Positions 1 through 10,518 of a stretch of DNA of 64,000 nt are shown here, one piece after another. The stretch comes from Methanobacteriota archaeon (GTDB taxonomy: Archaea > Thermoplasmatota > E2 > DHVEG-1): contig CAVYNH010000007.1 of NCBI GenBank assembly GCA_963769885.1, positions 128,001 through 192,000 of the forward strand. The letters run 5' to 3'. The notes under the pieces were generated by a model, which was not told the origin of the DNA, ran no database searches, and saw only the letters and a program-made list of their open reading frames with translations. How positions within the stretch are numbered: the first letter of the stretch is position 1; each line of letters begins with the position of its first letter. The position numbers and the translations under genes are program-made.

Positions 1-1
1 C

Positions 2-319
2 CCTTCGCCCGTCACCCCCTGGCTGCTCACCATGAACGCATGGATCATCGACGTCGAAGGGGAGTTCCTGAAACTCGAAATCATCGACGCTGATAACGAA
101 GCCGCCTTCAACCCCCTTATCGGCCACTCCCCCCAAGCCTACATCAGGGAAGCACGTATCATTACCGATGGGACCACAATTCTCGGAGAAAACACGCGCG
201 TCTCCTTCCATTTCACCACCCTAAGTCTCGCTGCAGTCCCACCCTTCGGCATGATGTGCGGTGACCTACAGCCAAATTGGGCAGACGACGCAACCCCAGG
301 GTTTCTCGATATCTCATGA
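2..319 (+). CDS. Hypothetical protein, 3' part (frame open to the window edge)
   Basis: Open frame from base 2 through ORF 32..319; its stop overlaps the next ATG (ATGA at 316-319). Confidence 0.55.
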   Translation, partial: PSPVTPWLLTMNAWIIDVEGEFLKLEIIDADNEAAFNPLIGHSPQAYIREARIITDGTTILGENTRVSFHFTTLSLAAVPPFGMMCGDLQPNWADDATPGFLDIS

Positions 320-939
320 TGTATCCCCCCCGATGGCTTATCCTCCTTCTGGTTCTCTGCCTCCCTCTTGTCTCAAATCCTAAAGCAATCGCAGGATCCT
401 GCGAATATGGCTCATGCCACGCCTGGATCCGAATCAATCATGGGTCCTGGCAGCCTGCCACTATCCATCCACGATTACACCCCGGGGAGACTTTTGAAAT
501 CATCATCAAGATTCATCCGATAATCCCGACAGCTGCCATATTTTGCAGACTTTACGAATTTGGGACGCCAGTCTACGAAGTCACCGAAGGGCCATCACCA
601 CTCAATACTCTGATCTCCGACGTGAGCAATTCAATGGATGCTGAGCTGACGTACTACTGGGTTATTCGTGTCTTGACAGACACACAATGGATCAACGGCA
701 CGGCGCCGCTTGAGGTCTTCACCCAGTTCTCAGCAGTGAATGGCTCTACCCAAATTCTATCCTTTGATGTCCTCTGCGCGTTCATTGAAGACACCGGCAG
801 ATCTTCATATCAAGCAGATGAAGCCCCCATTCAGGAATCACCCCCCTATACCTCCATTCTAATATATTGTAAAAACCTCATGGTTCTATTGTTTTTTGGA
901 ATCGTCATCATCTTTTCAAGAAAGAAAAATACGAAATAA
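316..939 (+). CDS. Sarcinarray/MAST-domain-like secreted, membrane-anchored protein
   Basis: Signal peptide; motifs CEYG..HAW, L.PGE.FEI, YEV.EGPS, W..G.APL; C-terminal TM helix + RKK. Confidence 0.6.
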   Translation: MMYPPRWLILLLVLCLPLVSNPKAIAGSCEYGSCHAWIRINHGSWQPATIHPRLHPGETFEIIIKIHPIIPTAAIFCRLYEFGTPVYEVTEGPSPLNTLISDVSNSMDAELTYYWVIRVLTDTQWINGTAPLEVFTQFSAVNGSTQILSFDVLCAFIEDTGRSSYQADEAPIQESPPYTSILIYCKNLMVLLFFGIVIIFSRKKNTK

Positions 940-955
940 TCAATGGTATTTCGTA

Positions 956-2335
956 TTATCGAAAAGAGGAGAGGAACGCGCGAAGGAAGGAAGAATCATT
1001 CCTGCGCAGTGTCGATGATAAAAGCCGAATGCCATATTGAGGCCGGAGATAATACGCAAACTGGGCAGCTTGACAGCGTTGCACCAATTGTTTCTCGGTG
1101 AGCAGCGAGAGGCCGCGGTTCGAATCCGCAATGACGATGTACTCGTCCTCCGAGATTTTCCCCTCCTTTCGAGCCTCATCCCACAGCTCGGATCCTACCA
1201 TATACCGCAAAGGAAGAAAAGAAACAGAGTCAAACGGTAGTTTTTTCGCGAACCGTAGCGTCTCACGCATCTGCCCCACGGTTTCAGCTGGTGCTCCGAA
1301 GATGAACGATCCAATAGTGATGAAGCCCATTTCATGGCTGAGCCGTATGGTCGCCTCGATTTGTTCGACGGTGGTCTGTTTATGGTAGAAATCAAGGATT
1401 TCCTGGCAGCCAGATTCGCAGCCGAACTGGACGGACACCACTCCGGCCCGCTTCATCTTCCGGTAAAGAACCGGGTCAGCGAGATCCACTCGTGCTGCAG
1501 TTACGATGAATTTAAGGTCAAGGTTCTCCTTTAATATTGCGTCGAACAGGGCATGGGCGCGGGGAAGCGGTGGCGGGAAGCAGTCGTCCATGATCGCGAC
1601 AATACGATACCCTGCTGTCTGGATGGCATGGAGCTCTCGTATGATGCTGGGAATGAAGTGGGGGCGGTAGCGGCGGGCGCTCAGCGACGTCCGTGAACAG
1701 AATCGACAGGAATAGGGGCAGCCTCGGCTGGTGATCAGGGAGGTGAGCTCCCCGGCTTTGATTCGAGGATCATAGAAACGTCCATAGGTGTAATGGCGCA
1801 CGAGGTCTCGTGCGGGAAACGGGAGGGTCTCAAGATCGTTGCAGGGACGAGCTGAAGGCCCGGCTTGGATGCCGTTTCGAGTTCGTGTCCATAGTCCGGG
1901 AATGGGGGCAGTTGTTGTTCCGAGGATGAGTCCTCTAAGTCTGCGGATGGGTTCTTCTCCGTCGCCTTGGACGCAGGACCGTGCCGGGGCCGCCGTCAGA
2001 GTTTTTTCGGGGAAGAGGGTGGCATGAGGCCCGCCGAGCACAATGGGCAAAGAGGGATCGATACTGTGGATGGTTTGTACTATTTCAGAAATATGAGAAA
2101 GAGCGGGGGTGAGCGTCGTCATGCCGACAAGATCTGCATTAGTAATGGATCGGGCGAGGGCTTCTGCGGTGTAGGGTTCCGCAGTGAAGTCGATGACGCG
2201 GACGGTGTCGCCTGCTTCTCGCAGAATGCTGGCGAGGTAGAGAAGGCCGAGGGGCGGGGCGAGTCCTCCGCTGGTGCTTTTGCCCTGATGGATGAAGAAG
2301 GGGATGAGGCGGGGATAGAGTAGGACGACGTTGAT
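956..2335 (-). CDS. B12-binding radical SAM protein
   Basis: SRGCPYSCRFC motif, GGPHAT; frame extends upstream of 2122 through PPLGLLYLASIL to an ATC at 2335 preceded by AGGAG. Confidence 0.85.
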   Translation of the reverse strand: MNVVLLYPRLIPFFIHQGKSTSGGLAPPLGLLYLASILREAGDTVRVIDFTAEPYTAEALARSITNADLVGMTTLTPALSHISEIVQTIHSIDPSLPIVLGGPHATLFPEKTLTAAPARSCVQGDGEEPIRRLRGLILGTTTAPIPGLWTRTRNGIQAGPSARPCNDLETLPFPARDLVRHYTYGRFYDPRIKAGELTSLITSRGCPYSCRFCSRTSLSARRYRPHFIPSIIRELHAIQTAGYRIVAIMDDCFPPPLPRAHALFDAILKENLDLKFIVTAARVDLADPVLYRKMKRAGVVSVQFGCESGCQEILDFYHKQTTVEQIEATIRLSHEMGFITIGSFIFGAPAETVGQMRETLRFAKKLPFDSVSFLPLRYMVGSELWDEARKEGKISEDEYIVIADSNRGLSLLTEKQLVQRCQAAQFAYYLRPQYGIRLLSSTLRRNDSSFLRAFLSSFR

Positions 2336-2404
2336 GGCTGAGCCGCTCCTTGTTGAAGGAGGATGCAGAAGGTGCTTGATATATTATTTGCGTAATGTTT
2401 TTTC

Positions 2405-5308
2405 TTAGTAGAGCCTGAGGAGGTCGGTAAGGATGGCGTCGTTGTCTTCGTCTGTGGTGAGTTGGTAGCGGCGGGGGATCCAGCCATGTTTGCGTAGTTC
2501 GTTGTTGTCGCGATGGTGGTCTTGGGTGGTGGGGATTGTGGTGAGGATGATGGCGTAGCGTCGGCTGTTGATGGTGAGGGTGAGGTCGAGCGGGATGGGG
2601 GTGGTGCCTGGGGGTGGTTGGCTGAAGGGGAGTCCGCTGGTTTCGAGCTGGCGGAGGAGGCGCTGTGTGTGCGGGTTTTGTGGGGTGGTGGTGTGGGTGA
2701 GGGCGTCGGCGTAGTGGGCGAGGTCGGCGAGGGGGCCGGGTGTTTTGGCGCAGGTGGTTTTGTCGCCGATGATGATGAGGTGGGTGCGGGCGCGGGAGAC
2801 GGCGACGTTGATGAGTTGTCTGGTGGTCCAGATCCAGTAGAGGGTGCCGGGTTTGGCGCCGGTGCTGATGGCGGGGGAGAGGATGATGATGTCGCGTTCG
2901 TCGCCTTGGAAGCGGTGGGCGGTGCCGACGGTGATGGAAAGGTTTTGGAGGTGGGGGGTTTGGGCGATTTTATCGGCGATGAGGTCGGCGTGAGCGCGGA
3001 AAAGAGTGACCACGCCGAGGCTGGGTGGTTTGGTTTGATGTTGGAAGTGGGTGTAGAGGGTGGTGAGGAGGTCGATGCAGGCTTGGGCTTCTTGTTCATT
3101 GTAGGGGCTGGCCGTGGTGGTGGTGTGGCCGGTGGTGTGGTGCCAGGTGAGGTGTGTGGGGGTGTCGGGGAGCGTGGAGGAGGATTGGTTGTGGGTCATG
3201 ATAGTGAGGTGGCCATGATAGTAGTGGAGGTTGGAGTAGGTGATGATGTCGGGGTGGCAGCGGTAGTGTTCGTTGAGGAGGATAGGGTGGCGGTGATTGG
3301 TGGTGAGGATGTCGGCGATGAGGTTGTAGAGGCTGTGGGTGGTGTAGGCGTAGCGGTCGAGGTGATGGGCGGCGTGGTGGTGGTCTGCGGTGAGGTGGTC
3401 GTCGGTGGTGGTGAGGAGGCTGACGTGGCGGAGTTGGTTGGGGTCGCCGATGATGACGGCGTGTTTGGCGCGGTAGAGGAGGGGTAGCGCGCTGGGGATG
3501 TCGCATTGGCTGGCTTCGTCGATGATGAGGAGGTCGAAGAGGTTGTTTTCGAGGGGGAGGCTGCGGTGGGCGGAGAGGTTGGTGACGACCCAGATGGGGA
3601 GGTTGGGGAGGGTGTGACGGAAGGCGTGGGTGCGTTGGCGGGTGCGGGTGGCGAGTTCGTCTGGGTTTGTGGGGTCTGGGTCTGCGGTGAGGTCGAGGTA
3701 GGTGGTGAGGTGGCGTTGGGTGGTGGGATCGTGGTGGAGGGTGCGGAGCCAGTGGTCGGTGAGGAGGGTACGGGCGAGGGTTTGGCGGTGGTGTTGGAGG
3801 GTGTGGGTGTCGGTGAGGAGGTGGGGGACGGTGGGGGTGGTGTGGAGGCGGGTGGTGATTGCTTGGAGTGTGGTTTTGTGTTCTTGGAGGTGGTGGAGGT
3901 CGGTGAGGGTTCGCAGGGTGGTTGCCATGTGATCTGGGGTGTCTTCATGGATGGTCATGAGGGTGTCGTGGAGTGGGGTGGGGAGGCGGGTGAGGTGGCG
4001 GTGGTAGCAGGCGTGCTGTCGGCGGCGGGTCCAAGGGAGGTGGTGGCGGGGGGTGGCGGGGAAGTAGCGGTGGAGGTCGCGGTCGAGGTCGGGGTCGTGG
4101 TAGGCGGGGGTTTTGGTCAGGGTCTGGTAGAGGGCTGGGGGGAGGCGGGCGGCGTGGGTGTCGAGGGCGGTGAGGGTGGTGTCGAGTTGGTGGTTGAGGT
4201 GGGCGATGTCGTGGAGCTGGCGGCGGATGTGGGTGAGGCGGGTGGAGAGCCCGGCGTATTCTTGGTGGTCGGTGGGGGTGGCTGGTGGGGCGGGGAGGTC
4301 GGTGAGGAGGGTGTGGCAGGCGGCGGCGGTTTGTTGGCGGATGGCGCGGTGGCCCATGCGGATGGCGAGGGGGCGGGGGAGGATGGCGTTGAGTTTGTCG
4401 ACGACGACGTCGACGGCTTTGTTGTTTTTGCTGGCGAAGAGGACGGTCTGGTGGTGGGTGACGGCGTTGGCGATGATGTTGAGGACGACTTGAGATTTGC
4501 CGGTGCCGGGGGGGCCGGTGATGAGGGTGAGGGGGCTTTGGAGGGCGTTGGCGACGGCGTGTTCCTGGGCGTCGTTCATGAGGAAGACTTCGAGGAGGTC
4601 GGGAGGTGTGGTGATGGTGGTCTGGGGGGCGTCGTCGGTGAGGAGGGGGTAGAGGGCGGTGTGGGCGAGGTTGTCGAAGGGTTTGTGTTGGAGCTGGTGG
4701 AGTTCGCGGATGAGGCTGGCGGTCATCCCGGTCTTGTCTGCGTAGGCGAGGAGGGCGCCGGTGCAGAGGCGTGGTCCGCTGTGGGTCTGATCGTCTGGTG
4801 GAGTGAGGGGGAGTTTGAGGAGGGCGGCGAGCTGGGCGCAGGCCTGGTCGAGGGGGAGTGATTCGAGGTCCTGGCGGATGTGTTGGATTTCTTCGGTGGT
4901 GTAGCCTTGGGTGCAGAGGACGGCGGGGTTGAGGCTGGCTGGCTCTGAGGCGGTGAGCTGCAGGGTGGCGTCGTTTGTGGTGATTTCGACGGGGAGCATG
5001 AGGGTGGGGATGCGTCGGTTGTCTCTGTCGATGAGGTAGGGGGTGGTGTAGTAGAGCTGTTTTTTCTCGGCGTGGCGGCCGGCGTGGAGGAATCGGGCGA
5101 GCGGTTCGGTGAGAGGTAGATAAAGCGTGGGGGTCTGGCGTGTGAGGAAGGTGGGGTCTGCGGCGAGCGGGTGGAAGAGTCGTCCTTCGCTGTGGGCGTC
5201 GAAGGTGAGGGCGAGGGCGTCTTCCTTGGCCAGGCAGGCGATATAGTACTGGAGTAGTACCTCGAAGTCTTTGGCGGACTGTATCACGGTGTTGAAGCTC
5301 CCAGACAA
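2405..5308 (-). CDS. Superfamily 1 (Upf1/DNA2/NAM7-like) helicase with possible degenerate C-terminal nuclease-like domain
   Basis: GPPGTGKS, ASKNNKAVD, IIDEASQ, IGDPNQL, HYRC, TAHRFQGDE, NVAVSRAR. Confidence 0.85.
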   Translation of the reverse strand: MSGSFNTVIQSAKDFEVLLQYYIACLAKEDALALTFDAHSEGRLFHPLAADPTFLTRQTPTLYLPLTEPLARFLHAGRHAEKKQLYYTTPYLIDRDNRRIPTLMLPVEITTNDATLQLTASEPASLNPAVLCTQGYTTEEIQHIRQDLESLPLDQACAQLAALLKLPLTPPDDQTHSGPRLCTGALLAYADKTGMTASLIRELHQLQHKPFDNLAHTALYPLLTDDAPQTTITTPPDLLEVFLMNDAQEHAVANALQSPLTLITGPPGTGKSQVVLNIIANAVTHHQTVLFASKNNKAVDVVVDKLNAILPRPLAIRMGHRAIRQQTAAACHTLLTDLPAPPATPTDHQEYAGLSTRLTHIRRQLHDIAHLNHQLDTTLTALDTHAARLPPALYQTLTKTPAYHDPDLDRDLHRYFPATPRHHLPWTRRRQHACYHRHLTRLPTPLHDTLMTIHEDTPDHMATTLRTLTDLHHLQEHKTTLQAITTRLHTTPTVPHLLTDTHTLQHHRQTLARTLLTDHWLRTLHHDPTTQRHLTTYLDLTADPDPTNPDELATRTRQRTHAFRHTLPNLPIWVVTNLSAHRSLPLENNLFDLLIIDEASQCDIPSALPLLYRAKHAVIIGDPNQLRHVSLLTTTDDHLTADHHHAAHHLDRYAYTTHSLYNLIADILTTNHRHPILLNEHYRCHPDIITYSNLHYYHGHLTIMTHNQSSSTLPDTPTHLTWHHTTGHTTTTASPYNEQEAQACIDLLTTLYTHFQHQTKPPSLGVVTLFRAHADLIADKIAQTPHLQNLSITVGTAHRFQGDERDIIILSPAISTGAKPGTLYWIWTTRQLINVAVSRARTHLIIIGDKTTCAKTPGPLADLAHYADALTHTTTPQNPHTQRLLRQLETSGLPFSQPPPGTTPIPLDLTLTINSRRYAIILTTIPTTQDHHRDNNELRKHGWIPRRYQLTTDEDNDAILTDLLRLY

Positions 5309-5419
5309 ATTCGGATTTGTATATTTTTTGACAATATTAATCTTCCTTTCTGGCGTAAAGCCAGGATTTTATAAAGCCGCTGCCGATTCAGGGTCTCATC
5401 GTGAGTCTCAGGGGAATCG

Positions 5420-5965
5420 TTGATGGAATTTCAGCAGGTTGTCCAGGCCCGTCGAAGTGTACGGAGTTTTCAGAAGGCGCCGGTGGAGGAGGAGAAGCTG
5501 CAGTACGTGCTGGAGTGCGCCCGGCTCGCGCCGTCATGGCGGAATGGGCAGTGTTGGCGGTTCATCGTCGTCCGTGACCCAGAGATGAGGAAGAGGATTG
5601 CGACGACGAGTCCTTTGAATACCTGGTTGAAGACCGCGCCGGTCATCCTGGTGGCATGCGCGGATCCACGGGACAGCGGGCGCCGCCGCGGCATTGACTA
5701 TCTCGCCGTTGATGTCGGCATCGCCTTTGAGCATCTGATGCTCGCAGCCGCCGACGTCGGACTGGGGACCTGCTGGCTAGGCGCCTTTGACGAAAAAAGG
5801 ATCAAAGAGGCGTTGAAGATCTCGGAGCGGATTAAGGTCGTCGCCCTCTCGCCGCTCGGCTATCCTGCGCAACGGCCGTCGCTGCGCGCCCGACTTACGT
5901 CCGCGGTCGCCAGAAGCAAAAAACGCAAGCCGCTCGCCGATATCGTCCACTATGACCGTTGGTGA
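5420..5965 (+). CDS. Nitroreductase family protein
   Basis: RRSVRSF, ARLAPSWRNGQ.WRF, GLGTCW. Confidence 0.9.
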   Translation: MMEFQQVVQARRSVRSFQKAPVEEEKLQYVLECARLAPSWRNGQCWRFIVVRDPEMRKRIATTSPLNTWLKTAPVILVACADPRDSGRRRGIDYLAVDVGIAFEHLMLAAADVGLGTCWLGAFDEKRIKEALKISERIKVVALSPLGYPAQRPSLRARLTSAVARSKKRKPLADIVHYDRW

Positions 5966-5972
5966 GGGGGAC

Positions 5973-6923
5973 ATGGTTTTAAATTCGGTCGTCTTCTTTC
6001 CTGCCCCGCCCATGCCGTCCGCCGCATCGCAGCCTGACCAGCGTCCGTCGCCGATCATCTTGTGGCTGCCGATCGTGTTTTGGGCGCTCGCCTTCCCGTT
6101 CATCAAGATCGGCCTGCGTGAGCTGTCGCCGGTGAACCTGACGATCATGCGGTTGTTTTCCGTCTGCGCCATCTTCCTGCTCATCCGTGTGGTGGCCCCC
6201 AAGCGGTTCTCGCCGCTGCAAAAACGAGATTTCTTGTCATTGTTTCTCCTCGGGTTCTTCGGCGTTGTCGTCTATCATCTCGGGCTGAACTACGGGGAGA
6301 CGCTCATGTCCGCCTCGGCCGCCAGCCTCATCATCGCGACCATCCCCTTGTTCATGGTCGTTTTCTCCGTGTTGTTCCTCAAAGAAAAAATAACCAAGAG
6401 GATCATGATGGGAATCCTGATTTCCGCCCTCGGTGTCGTGATCATTGCTCTAGTCGGTACGAACAGCGACCCGCTCTCCGTCTCGTACCTCTTTGCCGCT
6501 ATCGCCGTCCTCCTCGCCGCGGTCGTCGGCGCGGTTTATACGGTCGCCGGTAAGAAGTTGCTGGAGCGGTACAACGGCTTCTCATTGACCATCTACGCTT
6601 TCCTCTTCGGATCCATCGGCCTGCTCCCCCTCCTCGCCGTCTCTCCCTCTCTCGCTACTGAAGTCGTTGCCATGAGTTGGGAGAGCTGGGCCGCGGTCCT
6701 CTTCCTCGCGGTCTTCCCCACGGTCATCGGATACATTTTCTGGTACGTGGCCCTGGAGAAAATCTCAGCCGCTAGGATAGGGGTGTACCTCTACTTCATC
6801 CCCGTGCTCTCCACGATCGCCTCCTATTTCATGTTCGATGAGGCAATCACCTGGCTGTTCATCGTCGGCACCGCCTTTGTCCTCGGCGGCCTCGTCATCC
6901 TGAACCGCCCCGAGACCTCGTGA
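5973..6923 (+). CDS. DMT/EamA family transporter (start could be 6012)
   Basis: ~10 TM helices in two EamA-like repeats; FLKEKI motif. Confidence 0.85.
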   Translation: MVLNSVVFFPAPPMPSAASQPDQRPSPIILWLPIVFWALAFPFIKIGLRELSPVNLTIMRLFSVCAIFLLIRVVAPKRFSPLQKRDFLSLFLLGFFGVVVYHLGLNYGETLMSASAASLIIATIPLFMVVFSVLFLKEKITKRIMMGILISALGVVIIALVGTNSDPLSVSYLFAAIAVLLAAVVGAVYTVAGKKLLERYNGFSLTIYAFLFGSIGLLPLLAVSPSLATEVVAMSWESWAAVLFLAVFPTVIGYIFWYVALEKISAARIGVYLYFIPVLSTIASYFMFDEAITWLFIVGTAFVLGGLVILNRPETS

Positions 6924-6960
6924 AAGCCTAATAAAGCCGCCCCTCGTTTCCAGCCCTGCC

Positions 6961-7659
6961 ATGATCACCGTCTCAAACCTCGTCAAGCGCTACGGCACCG
7001 TCATTGCCTTAAACCAGGTCTCCGCCTCCTTCCCGGACGGCCGCGTCATCGCCATCATGGGGGAAAACGGGGCGGGCAAAAGCACGCTACTGAAGGTCTG
7101 CGCCGGCATCCTCCCCTACGAACGAGGCGAGGTCTTCATCGACTCCTACTCGCTGCGCCAGAACCCTATCGCCGCCCGAAAGGCGCTTGGATACCTCCCG
7201 GAAATCCCCGAGCTCTATGAACGGATCACCGGCCGCGAGTTCCTCTTCTACATCGCCTCCCTGCGCGGAATGAAAAATGCGGAGAACGTCATCTTGGACC
7301 TTGCGAAATCACTTGGGATCGACGACGCCTTAGACTATGAGATGGGCGGCTACTCAAAGGGAATGAAGCAGAAGATCTCGCTGCTTAGCGCCCTCATGCA
7401 TGCCCCCCGCAACCTGCTCCTCGATGAGCCGATCTATGGGCTAGACCCGCTCGCCTCCCGCACGATGCTGCACTACATCCAGACCAGACAGGGCATGACC
7501 GTAATCGCCACCCACTCGGCGCAGCTCGTGGAATCAGTCGCAGATATGGTGTATTTCCTGATGAACGGCCGCGTCGTTCACTTCGAAGACACGGCCTCCC
7601 TCTTGACTCGGTTCAAATCCATCGAGGAATCCTATTTTCACTACAAGGCCACAAGCTAA
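6961..7659 (+). CDS. ABC transporter ATP-binding protein
   Basis: GENGAGKST, YSKGMKQK, LLLDEP. Confidence 0.9.
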   Translation: MITVSNLVKRYGTVIALNQVSASFPDGRVIAIMGENGAGKSTLLKVCAGILPYERGEVFIDSYSLRQNPIAARKALGYLPEIPELYERITGREFLFYIASLRGMKNAENVILDLAKSLGIDDALDYEMGGYSKGMKQKISLLSALMHAPRNLLLDEPIYGLDPLASRTMLHYIQTRQGMTVIATHSAQLVESVADMVYFLMNGRVVHFEDTASLLTRFKSIEESYFHYKATS

Positions 7660-7721
7660 ACCCATCGATAACTGCCTTGCCGCAAGGCTCACGGTAGGAG
7701 GCGTCTTCTGACGATTAGTTA

Positions 7722-10209
7722 TTATGGGTTAAGAAAAATAGGGGAAAAAGAGGACCATAGGGCCCTCAGTCTCGCCAGCAGTTGGGCGATGAAGTCATGC
7801 AGCCAAGTAATCCATCGCGGGATATACGGCATCTTCACCGCCAGGTAGGCCCAGTCGCTCTCTCCGGTGTTGTCCTTTGCCTTGGCTTTCACCTGGTAGT
7901 CCCCCTTCTTTGCCCAGGTGTGGTTCTTCACAACCTCGACCCCTGAGGTGTACGGCCCGAACCAGCTCGTGTTCGTCCCATCGCCCCAGTCAATGAAGTA
8001 GGAGACGTTGTCCCCATCATTATCTGTTGCGTTGACGGTATAGTTATAGGCGACATTTGGCTTCCCGCTCGATGGACCTTGCAAGTCCGGTGTCTCGGGG
8101 GGGTTATTCGTGGCAATCACCGCGGTGTACGGGAGGCTGTTCTGCGAGGTCACGACGATGTTGATTGGCTCCATGGACATTGAATTCACCGTGAGGACGG
8201 CAACCCCTGCGGCATCCGTCAGCCCTCTCACGTACATCCCGTTCGGCTGAGAGAGGCAGACCAAGGCGTTCGGCAGCGCACTCCCATTGCAGCCGACAGA
8301 AACGTTGACGGTGCAGGGCACGCCCGAGATCCCAGATGGATGGGTGACGCTCAGAGGCAGTGGAAACGCAGTCCGAATCTCCATCGAGGGATCTCCATGC
8401 ATGTTGAACTCCTCAAAGGTCGTCCGGGAAGTCGAAGCGCTGGGGGTCCAGGGATATGGAGCGCATCCACCTGGGACGATATATTTGTCATACATCCAAT
8501 ACTTACCGTAGTTCATGACTTGGGCGGTGCGCCAGACTGTCGTGTTGAATGGATTCGCGGATTGTCCATTGGGATAGTTCGGGTCGAAGTTCGGCCACAT
8601 GGCATCGTAGAGGCCGCAGCAGAACTCGTCGTTGTAGCCACTGTAACTCACTCGGGATGAGCAGAGTACTGCGGTGAATCCCCCGCTCGCCATCCGCAGG
8701 CCGTATTCGCCGAGGCACTCCCAGTTCCCCGACCCGCTATCGGTCTCGCCGTCGAACCATCCACTGTCACAATTCAGCGAGAACATGACTCCATACATCC
8801 GTCCATTCGTCAGCGCCTGTTCATCGACGGTGGTGAATTGGGGATACGACCATCCTGTGTACGAATATCCGTCGTTCTGGCTTGCGCCGTGGTCTCGATG
8901 GTTCGCAATGGCAACGCCGGTGTTCATGGCGGCGATGACGCCCGCGGTGGATCCGGGTGGGGTCGACCCAGAATACTGTCTGTTGCAAGAATAGCCCAAC
9001 GGGGTAAGGTAATTATAGATTCGTTCGGAGGTGTAGATGAAGTATCTCCCCGATTCCTGATAGGCTGCAAGGAGGATGTTATTGAACCAGTTCGTGCCCG
9101 TATAAGGCGTTTTTGAGTAATCCAGGATCTTGTTGACCGCGTTCGACAGTTCGGTCTCATTGTCCACGGAGATGCGGGCGCCATTGATGTCAGGGAGGTA
9201 ATCGGTGCCATCGATCGCCGTGTACCAGAGGTCGGTTCCCGTGCTGTACTGGTAACTCACAGGCACATGGTCCGCATCACCCACAATGAGGAGGAATGAC
9301 GGTGGAACTTCCCAGGTAGTATAGGCACTGATCATATAATTCCGGAGGTCGGTCGTCGTCGTCCCGATGTCTGACCATTTCATGACCTTCGTCTCGATCC
9401 CGGTCGCCTGCCGCCATTGTGCCAGTGGCTGGATCCCGTCGTAGTACCTGGTCAGCAGCGACGATTAGCAGGTCTGATCGGTTCCCCCGAGGCCCGTCAG
9501 TGACGCTTGGGTTGTTGAACACCGCTCGTTCAAGGGAGTTGTGGTTGAGGACGAACGCATCGAGGATGGGCTGGAAATAGACTGACCGCAGCCTCTCTGG
9601 GATGAAGACGTTCGTGCCTCCCACGAAACTGAGGCTTACTGATATCTCGGAGTAGGCTTTCACTGTCTGTTTCGCTGGGTTATAGGTGAATGGATATATC
9701 GTTACGAGGACCATCCGGCATCCACGCATCGTGAATGAGGGGCTAACATCGGCCACCGATTGGGGATAATATTGGTCAAGGGCATAGAAGCTCTCGTTCA
9801 TGGTAAACGGTGGCTGGGCATAGATATCAGACTCCGGCTTCGGCGGCTGAGCGGGATAGATGGTGTGTCCTGTCAGGATTGTTGGTTGAGTCGTGGTGTA
9901 GCTGAACATCACCTCGGCACCTTGTGGGACAGCGACGTAATAGCTCACAGTCGGCAGCTGGGGCTTCCCACAATCAGCCAACTGGCCGCTGTCTTGGATA
10001 CTGATGCATTCGAAATTGCTCGATTCCGCGGCCTCAAAATGATAGCCTTGGACCGAGACCTGAAAGTTGACGGCCTGGCAGTCGGCCCTTGAAACGCTCA
10101 CAAGGACGTCCTGAGTCGCCGCCGTTTGTTTTCCCGGGATACCATTGGACAAGGCCAATGGGCTTACCAGCAAGATTGCCACTAAACAGAAAAGCTTCCG
10201 TTTCAACAT
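7722..10209 (-). CDS. Secreted gingipain-like peptidase C25 (propeptide + catalytic + PKD domain) interrupted by a +1 frameshift near 9447
   Basis: Signal peptide, GKPQLP propeptide, LLIVGD.DHVP, NHRDHG and SLNCDSG catalytic motifs; removing one base joins DLLIVAADQ to YYDGIQPLAQWRQATG. Confidence 0.85.
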
Positions 10210-10518
10210 GTTCCTCCTACAGGATATGACTTCAATTGTATTTACTATCGGCAGGAGCTTTATCTATTTTTTTATAGAGTTTATATTATTAATCGACATT
10301 TTCTCCTTAAATTACCCTCTCGATAATTTGAGGTCAATAGAGGCGAGGATAACAGGTTTTTACACAAGGGCGCCTGGAGCCGGGGAGTCGTGCCCGAGCC
10401 GTGCCTGCAAGAAACCTTATAAAAACACGCCGGCGTTATGAGCAGTGAATGTCGATTTTCGATTACGACGACGCCTTCGGCCACGTCATGTTCTTGATCA
10501 ACTTCACTTGTGTCCCCT

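Noticed and set aside
290-319. TPGF at the end of the first ORF as a PGF-CTERM signal
   Set aside because: Not followed by a TM helix and basic residues.
2119-4861. Long Pro/Ser/Thr-rich and Gly/Val/Glu-rich ORFs overlapping the helicase (similar ones overlap ileS, pheT, terL and hef)
   Set aside because: Shadow frames kept open by the extreme strand skew; no motifs, and they overlap genuine genes.
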